A stretch of DNA of 64,000 nucleotides from a virus. Lineage: Duplodnaviria; Caudoviricetes. Below the pieces are notes generated by a model. The model did not search any database. It was not told where the DNA came from and saw only the letters and a list, made by a program, of their open reading frames with translations. Shown piece after piece: positions 1-8,618 of this stretch. The DNA lies in IMG/VR virus record IMGVR_UViG_3300020577_005315, positions 1 through 64,000 of that record; one strand, 5' to 3'. The stretch's first letter is position 1, and each line of letters starts with the position of its first letter. Made by a program: the position numbers and the translations under genes.

Positions 1-288
1 CCGGACGACCTGGCTCAGGCGTTCATGGAGATGGGCGTTTCGCCGGAGACCGTCATCGCCGCGGCTCAGAAGATGCAGGGCGAGGTCGCCGGCTCTGAGG
101 CTTCCGACGAGGACAAGGCCAAGGCCGCGTTCGAGTTGGCCAGCATCGTCAAGCAGGCCCACGCGGTCCGGACGTACATGCGGAGTGGGCAGTTCCAACT
201 GAAGTCGGCTGCTCCGGGGTCGCCCGCGAACAAGCGGCGTGAGGCGGCGAAGTCCTACCTCAACGACCTCCTCAAGTCGGCCGAGTAA
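1..288 (+). CDS. Head-module protein, 5'-truncated (possible scaffold/internal head protein)
   Basis: Frame is open from base 1 to the TAA ending at 288. Ala/Glu/Lys-rich and helical-looking, with several K-x-A motifs; lies upstream of the decoration and capsid genes. Confidence 0.55.
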   Translation, partial: PDDLAQAFMEMGVSPETVIAAAQKMQGEVAGSEASDEDKAKAAFELASIVKQAHAVRTYMRSGQFQLKSAAPGSPANKRREAAKSYLNDLLKSAE

Positions 289-319
289 CTCAGTACACCC
301 ACACGAACGAGGTTCACCC

Positions 320-712
320 GTGACTCCGGAAATTGCGAAGGCCGTCGATAGCTATGTCTCCGCCCTGAATAAGCTCACGGCGGAGCACCAGAAGCGGGCG
401 TCTGCGAAGACCGTCCCGACCGAAGCTCTGGAGAAGGCTGCGTCGGTCCTGGTTGAGACTGGGTTCCTGCCGGCGGAGCGTAAGGCCGAGGCCGTTACGA
501 TCCTGGCGGACCCGGTGAAGGCGATCGAGACGCTTCAGAATCTCGCGCAGAAGTCCGCTTCGCTGTTGTCGGGCGTTAGCCGCGACCCGCGGCTGGCTGC
601 CGGTACTCCCGTCAGTACTGAGCCCCAGGTCGACGGGTCGACCGAGAAGTCCGCTGCCGACCAACTGTGGCAGGAGCGGATGAGTCGGTTCCGGAACTCC
701 AACAAGAAGTAA
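320..712 (+). CDS. Hypothetical head-module protein
   Basis: GTG at 320 follows a GAGGT SD within ORF 239..712; helical; K-x-A motifs (KRAS, KAAS, KSAS, KSAA). Confidence 0.6.
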   Translation: MTPEIAKAVDSYVSALNKLTAEHQKRASAKTVPTEALEKAASVLVETGFLPAERKAEAVTILADPVKAIETLQNLAQKSASLLSGVSRDPRLAAGTPVSTEPQVDGSTEKSAADQLWQERMSRFRNSNKK

Positions 713-753
713 CCCCAGGTAACCAGGGCTAACGCCCACGAGGAACGACAGGC

Positions 754-1440
754 ATGTCCAGCAACTACGTTTACCCCGGTCAGGCGTACGCCCACACTCT
801 TACGGCTCTGAAGGGCTGGTACGAGTACGGCGCGCTCGACGTGGAAATCGCGATCGGCTCGAACGTCAACATCGGCAGCGTTGGTACCCCGCCGGCCTCG
901 GGCCTTGTGCTCCACGGCGTCAGCGTCAACGCGAACACCGACTTCTACGGCGGGCAGATCAACGGTCCGGGCACCGTCGTGGCCGAAATGGGCTGCGGCG
1001 CCGTCCACGGCCTCCCGTACTACCTGTGGCCGGGCGCCAACGACCCGGACGTGAGCAACCCTGGCGTTCCGCCGGGCGTCGCGGTCTACGGCGACACGAC
1101 CTACGGTCCGCCGGACCAGGTCCCGGTCCTGCCGTCGGCCACCAATCAGAACATGGTTGCGCTCGTGGCTACTGGTGGGTACGAGCTCGAGACGACCGAG
1201 TTCGACACCGCCCAGACGTACACCCCGGGTCTGTACCTGCGGGCCGTCACCAGCAACACCCTGGCGAACGCCGGTAAGATCACCAACCAGCGTGGCGCCA
1301 CCGTCAACTTCAACTCGGACGGGGCGGTCGTGCTCGGTACCGACACCGTGGTCGGTATCGTCAGCCGCGGGACGTACGTCAACGCGAACCGCAAGAGCGC
1401 GCTGTCGTTCCACTCGTTCTTCTACCCCGGTACCCGCTAA
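754..1440 (+). CDS. Putative capsid decoration/cement protein
   Basis: 228 aa, beta/Gly-rich, immediately upstream of the major capsid gene; the 'ELETTEFD..TYTPG..L' segment resembles head decoration proteins; strongly biased codons. Confidence 0.6.
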   Translation: MSSNYVYPGQAYAHTLTALKGWYEYGALDVEIAIGSNVNIGSVGTPPASGLVLHGVSVNANTDFYGGQINGPGTVVAEMGCGAVHGLPYYLWPGANDPDVSNPGVPPGVAVYGDTTYGPPDQVPVLPSATNQNMVALVATGGYELETTEFDTAQTYTPGLYLRAVTSNTLANAGKITNQRGATVNFNSDGAVVLGTDTVVGIVSRGTYVNANRKSALSFHSFFYPGTR

Positions 1441-1511
1441 ACCCACACTCACACTGAGGCACACGAGCGGCGGGTTTCCGCCGAACGACTAACGGAGGCT
1501 CCCGCGTTACT

Positions 1512-2456
1512 ATGGCCACTCTCAGCGAAATCCAGGTCAAGCAGAACAACAACACGTTCCTTGACATGCTTGAGTCGTCCGCTTTTAACAAGCAGGCGGC
1601 CGACGATGCATCCGACTACATCCGGCTCAAGCTGCGCGAAGAGGGCTTTGCGCGGAAGATCATCGAGCCGACCGAGGTCAGTTCGCAGGACCTGGACGAG
1701 CAGGTCTGGACCGACAAGCCGGTGAAGATCTACCAGAAGGAAACCGACATCCAGCCGGCCATCAGCGTCGGTTACTCGGCCCAGCCCATCAACTTCTACA
1801 TCCGGCCTTCGAAGTTCGCGGTCACGCCGACCACGATCCTCAGCCCCCGGATCAACAAGAACAAGTGGGAGCTGCGTACCTACAAGTACGACGTTCGTCA
1901 GGTGTTCGCTGACAACATCGTCAAGGACATGCAGGGCGTCGAAGACCGCGCCATGCTGAACGCCGTGAACACCGCCCTGGTGGGTCGCGGGTCCAACATG
2001 CCGGGTTCCGGTGTGCCTCAGTACGTCGCCGTGGCGGGCGGGTTCTCACGGTCGTCCGTTGCGACGGCCTGTACGCAGGTTCTACAGAAGACCCCGTACA
2101 ACATCCCGGTCGAGACGGTCCTGATCAACAACATCACGTACGCCGAGCACCTCAAGTGGCAGCGTGACGAGTTCGGCGGCGACGGCGCCGAGAAGAACCT
2201 GACCCAGGGCTGGAAGGCTTCCAACCTGCTCGGGCTCAACTGGCTCGTGACGATCAAGCGGGGCCTGGTTCCGGACTATACGCAGTATATGTTCGGGCCG
2301 ACGAAGTTCCTCGGCAAGACGTGCCTCTTCACGCCCCCGACGATGTACGTCGAGGTGAAGAACGTGCAGATGTACTCGTTCTACTGCATCGAGGAGATCG
2401 GCTCGGTCCTGGCTCACACGGGCGCCTTCGGTCGCGTCGACTACCTGACCTCGTAA
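1512..2456 (+). CDS. Major capsid protein (HK97 fold)
   Basis: 314 aa with GGAGG SD. 'KLREEGFARKII', 'ELRTYKYDVRQVFADNIVKDMQGVEDRAML' and the C-terminal 'EEIGSVLAH' follow the large-phage MCP pattern; followed by a hairpin. Confidence 0.8.
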   Translation: MATLSEIQVKQNNNTFLDMLESSAFNKQAADDASDYIRLKLREEGFARKIIEPTEVSSQDLDEQVWTDKPVKIYQKETDIQPAISVGYSAQPINFYIRPSKFAVTPTTILSPRINKNKWELRTYKYDVRQVFADNIVKDMQGVEDRAMLNAVNTALVGRGSNMPGSGVPQYVAVAGGFSRSSVATACTQVLQKTPYNIPVETVLINNITYAEHLKWQRDEFGGDGAEKNLTQGWKASNLLGLNWLVTIKRGLVPDYTQYMFGPTKFLGKTCLFTPPTMYVEVKNVQMYSFYCIEEIGSVLAHTGAFGRVDYLTS

Positions 2457-2467
2457 CGTCAACCCCC

Positions 2468-2502
2468 GGACGCCTGACTTTTAGCCGTCAGGCGTCCGTT
2501 TT
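2468..2502 (+). terminator. Hairpin/terminator after MCP
   Basis: GGACGCCTGAC-TTTTAGCC-GTCAGGCGTCC, an 11-bp stem followed by GTTTT. Confidence 0.6.
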
Positions 2503-2523
2503 CAGCGAACACGGAGACACATA

Positions 2524-2901
2524 GTGGCCGCGACCGAACTCACCCCTGAGCAGATCCTTGTCGAGAACGTGATGGCCCCGGCGTTCTTCGCGAAGGTCGC
2601 GCAGGAAACGAACCTGAACCCGTCGAGTCCGGAGACGGCTCATGACCTCCGGCGGATGGGCGACTTCGTCAACCACACCGTCGACCTCTACCTGCAGAAG
2701 GTCGCCTCCAGCCGGCGTAACGACAACGACGCGCTGATCAAGGGGGCCGTCGAGGCCGTTGTTCCCACCCCTACGGTCAAGGTCGACACGACCTCGAAGT
2801 CCGCGGTGGATCTGTTCTTCGCTACGCCCGCCGTGGCCGACGCCGCCCGCAAGCTCGCGGAAGCGAAGAAGGCCGCGGACGCCGCCAAGGCGACCACCTA
2901 A
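2524..2901 (+). CDS. Hypothetical head-associated protein
   Basis: GGAG SD; 125 aa; K-x-A motifs. Confidence 0.6.
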   Translation: MAATELTPEQILVENVMAPAFFAKVAQETNLNPSSPETAHDLRRMGDFVNHTVDLYLQKVASSRRNDNDALIKGAVEAVVPTPTVKVDTTSKSAVDLFFATPAVADAARKLAEAKKAADAAKATT

Positions 2902-2920
2902 CAACTAAGAGGGAACAACA

Positions 2921-3256
2921 GTGCCTAACTACAACTCGGACAAGACGGTCGTCCGAAACCCGCAATCCGTTGCGATGTTCTACGACTTCCTCGGCCCGCG
3001 TGGTATGACCATCGCGGCCAACACCGACGTCGCCTTCCCGGGTGACATCTTCACGATGTGGTTCCGCAGCTCGCAGAAGCTCCGCTCTCTGCAGTACGCG
3101 CTGAACAACAACCTGATCGAGGTCCTGAACTGCCCGGCCTGGGTGGGCTACGACTCGGTCACCACGGGCGTCTACGCGCTCGGCATCCGGAACGGCGCTC
3201 CCGTCGGCGTCGCTGCGGATTACGGCAGCTACAGCGGCTCCGCCCCGACCGTGTAA
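2921..3256 (+). CDS. Hypothetical virion protein
   Basis: GAGGG SD; 111 aa; codon bias like neighbouring structural genes. Confidence 0.6.
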   Translation: MPNYNSDKTVVRNPQSVAMFYDFLGPRGMTIAANTDVAFPGDIFTMWFRSSQKLRSLQYALNNNLIEVLNCPAWVGYDSVTTGVYALGIRNGAPVGVAADYGSYSGSAPTV

Positions 3257-3287
3257 CCCCTCCTCCTCGGAAGGGTGTGGACGCTGG

Positions 3288-3321
3288 GAGAAGACGGCCT
3301 TCGGGTCGTCTTCTCTTTTTT
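3288..3321 (+). terminator. Rho-independent terminator
   Basis: GAGAAGACGGCC-TTCG-GGTCGTCTTCTC-TTTTTT: UUCG tetraloop and U tract. Confidence 0.9.
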
Positions 3322-3403
3322 CATATGTAGTCTGACGGACTATTTGTATAACATGGCAGTGCCCTGCACATACAAATAGCTACCATATAACTGGGGGACT
3401 AAC

Positions 3404-3793
3404 GTGAGTGCTACAATGTTCGGGGAACTGCCGCCTCTGATACTCTCGATGGAGGCCGCCGGCTCGATCGCCATCGCCATCGGTAGCGCCGGGACCTACA
3501 TTGGTACGAAAGTCGTTGTCGAGTTTTTCAAGTACCTGGCCACCGTCGACGCCGGGTGCATCGCCGCACTCGACAAGCGTGAGGCCGAGCGCAAGGCCGA
3601 CCTCGAGCGCGAGGTCAAGGAACGCGCGGCCACGATCGTTGAGCTGTCTGACAGCCTCCGCCGGATGGACGAGGAGCGCATGTCGAACACCAAACTGCTC
3701 ATGGACCTACAGCGCACGACGACCGACGTGCTCGCGAAGATGGAGATGACGCTCAACCTCATCCGCGAGCGCATGTCGAACGGCAAAGAGTAA
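3404..3793 (+). CDS. Single-pass membrane/coiled-coil protein (possibly holin-like; start uncertain)
   Basis: N-terminal hydrophobic segment followed by a charged coiled coil. Confidence 0.4.
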   Translation: MSATMFGELPPLILSMEAAGSIAIAIGSAGTYIGTKVVVEFFKYLATVDAGCIAALDKREAERKADLEREVKERAATIVELSDSLRRMDEERMSNTKLLMDLQRTTTDVLAKMEMTLNLIRERMSNGKE

Positions 3794-3866
3794 TGAATTC
3801 GGGTCCTCCTTGCGTCACTATGAGTGGTGGAGAAACCTCTCGCAGTCACGCAAGGAGACCTGGCAC

Positions 3867-4940
3867 ATGTCGCACCTCGCCCCGCCCGCCCACGTCCACG
3901 TCCTCTTCAACAACGGGCAGCTCACCCTGCCCGCCTACGACCGTAAGCACCCCGTCGGCCGCCTGACTAGCACGCCGCACGAGAACCTGTCCGAGTACGC
4001 CGGCCGCCTGTGCTACGCGTCGCTCCACAAGGAGCGGGGCCGGCCGTCGGCCGAGTACCACAAGCACATCCTCGAGACGCAGCACAACTCCGTCTACGCG
4101 CACCACGTCTTCACGTTCGAGATACGCGGCACCGCCGTCGCGATGAGCTCCCTGGCCGCCCTCTGCGGCCGCCCCGGCGTCTGGGTGACCCGGATCAGCC
4201 GAGACCACATCCGGTTCGCAGTCAGCCTGCGCGCCGTGCTGGAGTGGGAACAGCACGGCGTCTGCGACGACAGCGACCCGTACGCCTCGGAGATCTCGGC
4301 CGAGATGGTGCAGACGATCCGCATCAAGCTGATCACTCTGTTCCCGAACATCATCAATCCGGGCCCGCTGGTGTCGACGTCCCACTTCTACGACGTGGAT
4401 GCGTTCCTCGAAGACAGCGCCGCCACCACCGAGATGCTCGTCCGCGTCGAGCCCGAGACCGACCAGGAGAAGTGGGCCACGTTCCTCCTGACGGGCGTGT
4501 CCCGCGACCTGCTCCAGGAGCTGGTGCGGCACCACTACCAGTGCAACCCGTCGGTCAGATCGACGCGGTACGTCAATGAGGGACCGTACGACGTCTCCGA
4601 CCCTACGGCCGAGTGCGGCCACATGGTCCCCCACCCGGCTCTGGGCGACATCAGTCGGATGGAGGCCGAGGCCGCGTTCCTGTCCGCCCAGGAGATGAAT
4701 CGCACCATCTACAGCCGGCTGACGTCGAACGGCGTGCCGCCCAAGACGGCGCGCGGGGCCGCCCGGTCGATACTGCCGGGCTGTCTCGAGACGAAGATCG
4801 TGTGGAGCACGTCGCTGTTTCAGCTGAAGCACACGCTCAAGCTGCGGCTCGACCAGGGAACGGGGTCCGTCGACCCGGAGATCCAGAACCTGGCCGGCCT
4901 CTTGCGGGACGCCGCCAGATCCATCGGGTGGGAGGTGTAA
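3867..4940 (+). CDS. thyX: Flavin-dependent thymidylate synthase
   Basis: ATG 3867 after AAGGAG; motifs 'AGRLCYAS', 'HNSVYAH', 'SRDLLQELVRHH..SVRSTRY', 'ARSILP', 'EIQNLA'. Confidence 0.9.
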   Translation: MSHLAPPAHVHVLFNNGQLTLPAYDRKHPVGRLTSTPHENLSEYAGRLCYASLHKERGRPSAEYHKHILETQHNSVYAHHVFTFEIRGTAVAMSSLAALCGRPGVWVTRISRDHIRFAVSLRAVLEWEQHGVCDDSDPYASEISAEMVQTIRIKLITLFPNIINPGPLVSTSHFYDVDAFLEDSAATTEMLVRVEPETDQEKWATFLLTGVSRDLLQELVRHHYQCNPSVRSTRYVNEGPYDVSDPTAECGHMVPHPALGDISRMEAEAAFLSAQEMNRTIYSRLTSNGVPPKTARGAARSILPGCLETKIVWSTSLFQLKHTLKLRLDQGTGSVDPEIQNLAGLLRDAARSIGWEV

Positions 4941-5623
4941 CGTGGAGCGCTACCGCAAGCTGCGGGGGGGAGGTAACGCTCCCCCCGTTCTCTGGCACGC
5001 GTGTTCTGCACATGCCTTTGGTCCTGGGCGAAAGAAAGTCTGTCCCCGACTTCCTGAAGTCCTGGGCTGACGTCGTCACGATGATCGGCGTCGAGCTCAT
5101 GGCTCAGTACGCCGGCCAGGTCGGGTACGTCACGGTGGACGAGCGGTACATTGACGTCGGAGAGACCCTCCGCCGTCCCGGTCTTCACGTCGACGGTTGG
5201 CATAAGACGGAGGCTGACGTCACTGCCGGCGGGTGGGGTGGAGATGGCGGCACCTGGGGCGGGTCCGGCGGTGGTAGTTGGGGTGGCGTCGGTCGCGGAC
5301 AGGGCGGCACCGGCCTGGTCACCGTCTCCAACCCCGCCGGCTGTATGGTGTACGACCAGGAGTTCGACGGGGAACCTGCTCCCGAGGGCGACTGCGAGCA
5401 CCTCCGCCCGCAGTGTACGGTCGGTTACCTACTGGAGGCCAACACCGTCTACTGGATGGCCCCGCTCTGCGTCCACGAGAGCTTACCGGCCGGCTACGCC
5501 CAGAAGCGTCAGTTCTTGCGTCTGTCGATGCCGTCCACGGCCGACTGGTACGAGGGCTACACCGAGAACCCGTTGGGCGTGAAGCCGACGGGCGCGATCA
5601 AACCCAGGCGGCGGTTCGTGTGA
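4937..5623 (+). CDS. Putative 2OG-Fe(II) oxygenase-fold phage protein (start uncertain)
   Basis: 'RRPGLHVDG' (HxD), 'VHESLP' (distal His) and 'RQFLRL' (Arg) match the facial-triad layout; directly downstream of thyX. Confidence 0.55.
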   Translation, partial: VTWSATASCGGEVTLPPFSGTRVLHMPLVLGERKSVPDFLKSWADVVTMIGVELMAQYAGQVGYVTVDERYIDVGETLRRPGLHVDGWHKTEADVTAGGWGGDGGTWGGSGGGSWGGVGRGQGGTGLVTVSNPAGCMVYDQEFDGEPAPEGDCEHLRPQCTVGYLLEANTVYWMAPLCVHESLPAGYAQKRQFLRLSMPSTADWYEGYTENPLGVKPTGAIKPRRRFV

Positions 5624-5656
5624 CCGCCCCACCCCGCGTTTCGTGGAGGAATGTGT

Positions 5657-5899
5657 ATGTGGCGACTGTTGGTCCGCTTCTACAACTGGTTCTTCGACAA
5701 TTCCAAGTGTTTCTGGTATCACCACGGCTGTGTCACGGGTTGGCACTGTAGTAAGACCAGCGGAACGGTCGGACCGGTAGCCACGAGGACGTGTACCAAC
5801 TGCGGTGCGGTGTGGGAGCACTACCTGAAAGACTGGGGCGTCTGCGACGGGCCCACATGGGGGTGGCAGATCTACAAGCGTAGTAAGTTCGAGGAGTAA
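5657..5899 (+). CDS. Small Cys/Trp-rich hypothetical protein (possible Zn ribbon)
   Basis: GGAGG SD; CTNC motif; ends just before a terminator. Confidence 0.5.
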   Translation: MWRLLVRFYNWFFDNSKCFWYHHGCVTGWHCSKTSGTVGPVATRTCTNCGAVWEHYLKDWGVCDGPTWGWQIYKRSKFEE

Positions 5900-5908
5900 C
5901 ACCTTTCT

Positions 5909-5945
5909 CCGCCACGGACACCCGTGGCGGTTTTTCTTTAGCCGT
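5909..5945 (+). terminator. Rho-independent terminator
   Basis: CCGCCACGG-ACAC-CCGTGGCGG-TTTTT, then CTTTAGCCGT. Confidence 0.85.
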
Positions 5946-6048
5946 TAGATATCAGCGTGCAAACCTGTACCCGCACGTGCCCCTCCTGGTAGACTACGCC
6001 CCGCGTGACGGTTGACATCTCGGATAAGATCGCCTCAGGAGTTCCCAA

Positions 6049-6786
6049 GTGGCGCATCACAAGAAGGCTATCCCCTTGGACGACTGGATCAAGGCGCGCG
6101 ACGAGAACATCGCGGCCCGATTCAATCAGCCCGAGAAGTTAGGTTCTAAGCCCCTCACCGAACGGCACAAGAGGTATCAACAGGTCATCCGAGATAAGGC
6201 AATCACCGTCGCTATGGGTCCGGCAGGTACGGGTAAGAGCGGTCTGGCGTGCGAGGTGGGCGTCGAGCTGTTCCGTCAGGGGAAGGTCAAGAGTCTGCAG
6301 TTTTTCCGCCCCCTCATCCCCTGCGGCCCGGAGCTCGGCTTTCTGCCCGGCGACATTCACGAGAAGGTGGCGCCCTACTCCGCCCCCATGACCGCGTTCC
6401 TGCGTAAGCTGCTGGGCGACGACCTGGACACCCTGCTCATGAAGGGGGTCGTCCAGATCAACGCACTGGCCACGCTCCGGGGGGCCACGTTCGACAACGC
6501 GTTCGTGGTGTTGGACGAGGCCCAGAACGCACAGTTCAGTGAACTTCACATGTTCTTGACCCGTTATGGCAAGGGCAGTAAACTCGTCGTCAACGGCGAT
6601 ATTCGCCAATCTGACCTGGGAGTCCGCAAAGCTCGGTGCCCCTTCTATCAGGTGGCGTCGGTCATCCACAAGGACCCCGAGGTCGGGTTCGTGTTGTTCC
6701 GGGACGAAGACGTCCTCCGCCCTGACATCGTGAACCGGATCGACAACGCGCTGTACGACTACCTGGACGAGAAGAACGGTAAGTAA
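6049..6786 (+). CDS. phoH: PhoH-like ATPase
   Basis: GPAGTGKS Walker A, 'LGFLPG', 'RGATF', 'LDEAQN', 'GDIRQSD'. Confidence 0.95.
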   Translation: MAHHKKAIPLDDWIKARDENIAARFNQPEKLGSKPLTERHKRYQQVIRDKAITVAMGPAGTGKSGLACEVGVELFRQGKVKSLQFFRPLIPCGPELGFLPGDIHEKVAPYSAPMTAFLRKLLGDDLDTLLMKGVVQINALATLRGATFDNAFVVLDEAQNAQFSELHMFLTRYGKGSKLVVNGDIRQSDLGVRKARCPFYQVASVIHKDPEVGFVLFRDEDVLRPDIVNRIDNALYDYLDEKNGK

Positions 6787-6798
6787 AGGAGATGATTA

Positions 6799-7296
6799 GT
6801 GGCGCTTAACCATTCCGCGCTATTGGACGAGATCCAGAGCGGCCCTCTGGCCGCCACTCTCGCTCCGCTCGTGCAGGCCGGCGACGACGCTGGCGTTGCG
6901 AAAGCTCTGATGGACCCGCAGTTCGATGGGTACATCCTACCCGTCCCGCTTCTGAAGCTGCTGACTGAAGCGGGCACCGTAGCTCTGCTCGACCTCATTC
7001 GCGAGCACGGACTACTCCCTAGCGCCAACCCGTCCCTCCCGCCCAGCACTCCGGCCCCTACCGGTCTCATGGTACTGGCCTACCGCCTTACTCGGGTGTT
7101 CGACCACGGGCTGCGGATGTCCAAGGCCGACGCGGTCGCGGGGTGTGACGTCCTCGTCGCGTCCCAGCTGATGACCACTGATGTTCGGGACGCGGTGTTG
7201 GCGCTTGAGGTCAAGATCGGGCGGGCTCAGGTTCTGTGGTATTACGACGCAGTGGTGACCGGCAACGACGTCGCCCGCGCTTTCGGTAGGAGCTAA
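6799..7296 (+). CDS. Hypothetical protein
   Basis: AAGGAG SD; 165 aa; in the same operon as downstream fibre genes. Confidence 0.55.
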   Translation: MALNHSALLDEIQSGPLAATLAPLVQAGDDAGVAKALMDPQFDGYILPVPLLKLLTEAGTVALLDLIREHGLLPSANPSLPPSTPAPTGLMVLAYRLTRVFDHGLRMSKADAVAGCDVLVASQLMTTDVRDAVLALEVKIGRAQVLWYYDAVVTGNDVARAFGRS

Positions 7297-7299
7297 TAA

Positions 7300-7746
7300 A
7301 TGGCGACGACGGAAAAACTGCTTCTTGGCGTTCAGACCTCCCTCCTGACTACTGGTCTGGACTCCCTGGCTAACAACTCTTTAGCCATCAGCAACACGTT
7401 CGACAACACACAGGGTCAGACCGGCGACGGCTACACGCTGTGCGACCTCGAGTTGGTCGTCACGTACGGCGTCGCTCCTACGGCAGGGACGGGCGTCAGC
7501 GTCTGGTTCCTGAGCACGCAGGACGGCACGAACTTCGAGGACGGCGGTACGTCTACCACCCCAGCTCGTTCCCCCGACGTCGTCATTCCCGTGGCGGCCG
7601 TCACTACTGCTCAGCGTATCATCCGGCGTGCCGTCATGCCTTGGGGTCGGGTAAAGGTTCTCGCCAAGAACGACGGTACGGGTCAGGCTATGGCTGCGTC
7701 GGGCAACACCCTGAAGATCCGCACAGCGACTCGGCAGGCCGTCTAA
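7300..7746 (+). CDS. Putative virion structural protein (beta-rich)
   Basis: 148 aa, Thr/Gly/Ala-rich, upstream of LamG and fibre genes. Confidence 0.5.
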   Translation: MATTEKLLLGVQTSLLTTGLDSLANNSLAISNTFDNTQGQTGDGYTLCDLELVVTYGVAPTAGTGVSVWFLSTQDGTNFEDGGTSTTPARSPDVVIPVAAVTTAQRIIRRAVMPWGRVKVLAKNDGTGQAMAASGNTLKIRTATRQAV

Positions 7747-7763
7747 TCTGATCTGGGGCTCAA

Positions 7764-8618
7764 ATGCTCTACGACTACGGCGAACCGGGTCGGGTGAACA
7801 CCCTCGACCCGGTGGACAGAACGCACACCGTCACCGCGGGTCTGACGGGGTGGTGGAAGGGCTTGGACGGCTTGGACGGCACCCGCCTCTTGCCTAACAT
7901 CGTCACAAATTCCTACGCCGACGCGGGTCAGTTGAACGGTACGCAGACCAACAGTCCTCCTGGGTATCAGTGGGTCGGTACACCGTTTGGTCCCGGGTTG
8001 AAGTTCGACGGAGGTACGGGGTACGCCGACCTAGGCGGCGCGGCAAAGTATAGTCCTGGCGTGACGTTCGCCGCCTTCGCCTGGATCAAACCTAACGTAC
8101 TCAACTCTTACCAGATCCTCTTCGGGAAGGACTCAGACACGTTGGGTCGTGACTGGATGTTCGGGTTTGGGTACGGGTCAGGTCAGCTGGTCTTCTACGA
8201 CGTGCCCACCAACTGCACCATCCAGCCGCCTGCGGTTCTGACCGGGGAGTGGCAACACGTCGGGTTCATCCAGAAGAACAACGCAGTGACCATCTACTGT
8301 AACGGGGTTGCTATCGGTTCCGGTACTAACTCTCGTGTAGGTAGTTCTGGCGGTGTTGGCGGAAATCTATTGCTCGGTCGCAGAGCCTACAGCGGCTTCA
8401 ACCAGTCTTACAACGGTTGCATCGCCGACCCGATGGTCTGGATGGGGACCGCCCCTAACGCGTGGGACGTGTACCAGTCGTCGCTCAATCAGTCTGAACG
8501 TGATCCAAGATTGAGGAAAGTGAGGTCTACGCTCCGGGGCACTGCTGCTATACTGTCTTCGAGCAGCTTCTTCAGACGCGGGCTGTACCTACGCGCAGGG
8601 TCTCGAGGGGTGATGTAA
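7764..8618 (+). CDS. LamG/concanavalin A-like lectin domain protein
   Basis: 'GLKFDG', 'FAAFAWIKP', 'GEWQHVG', 'IYCNG', 'LLLGRR..YNGCIAD' follow the LamG_3 pattern. Confidence 0.8.
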   Translation: MLYDYGEPGRVNTLDPVDRTHTVTAGLTGWWKGLDGLDGTRLLPNIVTNSYADAGQLNGTQTNSPPGYQWVGTPFGPGLKFDGGTGYADLGGAAKYSPGVTFAAFAWIKPNVLNSYQILFGKDSDTLGRDWMFGFGYGSGQLVFYDVPTNCTIQPPAVLTGEWQHVGFIQKNNAVTIYCNGVAIGSGTNSRVGSSGGVGGNLLLGRRAYSGFNQSYNGCIADPMVWMGTAPNAWDVYQSSLNQSERDPRLRKVRSTLRGTAAILSSSSFFRRGLYLRAGSRGVM

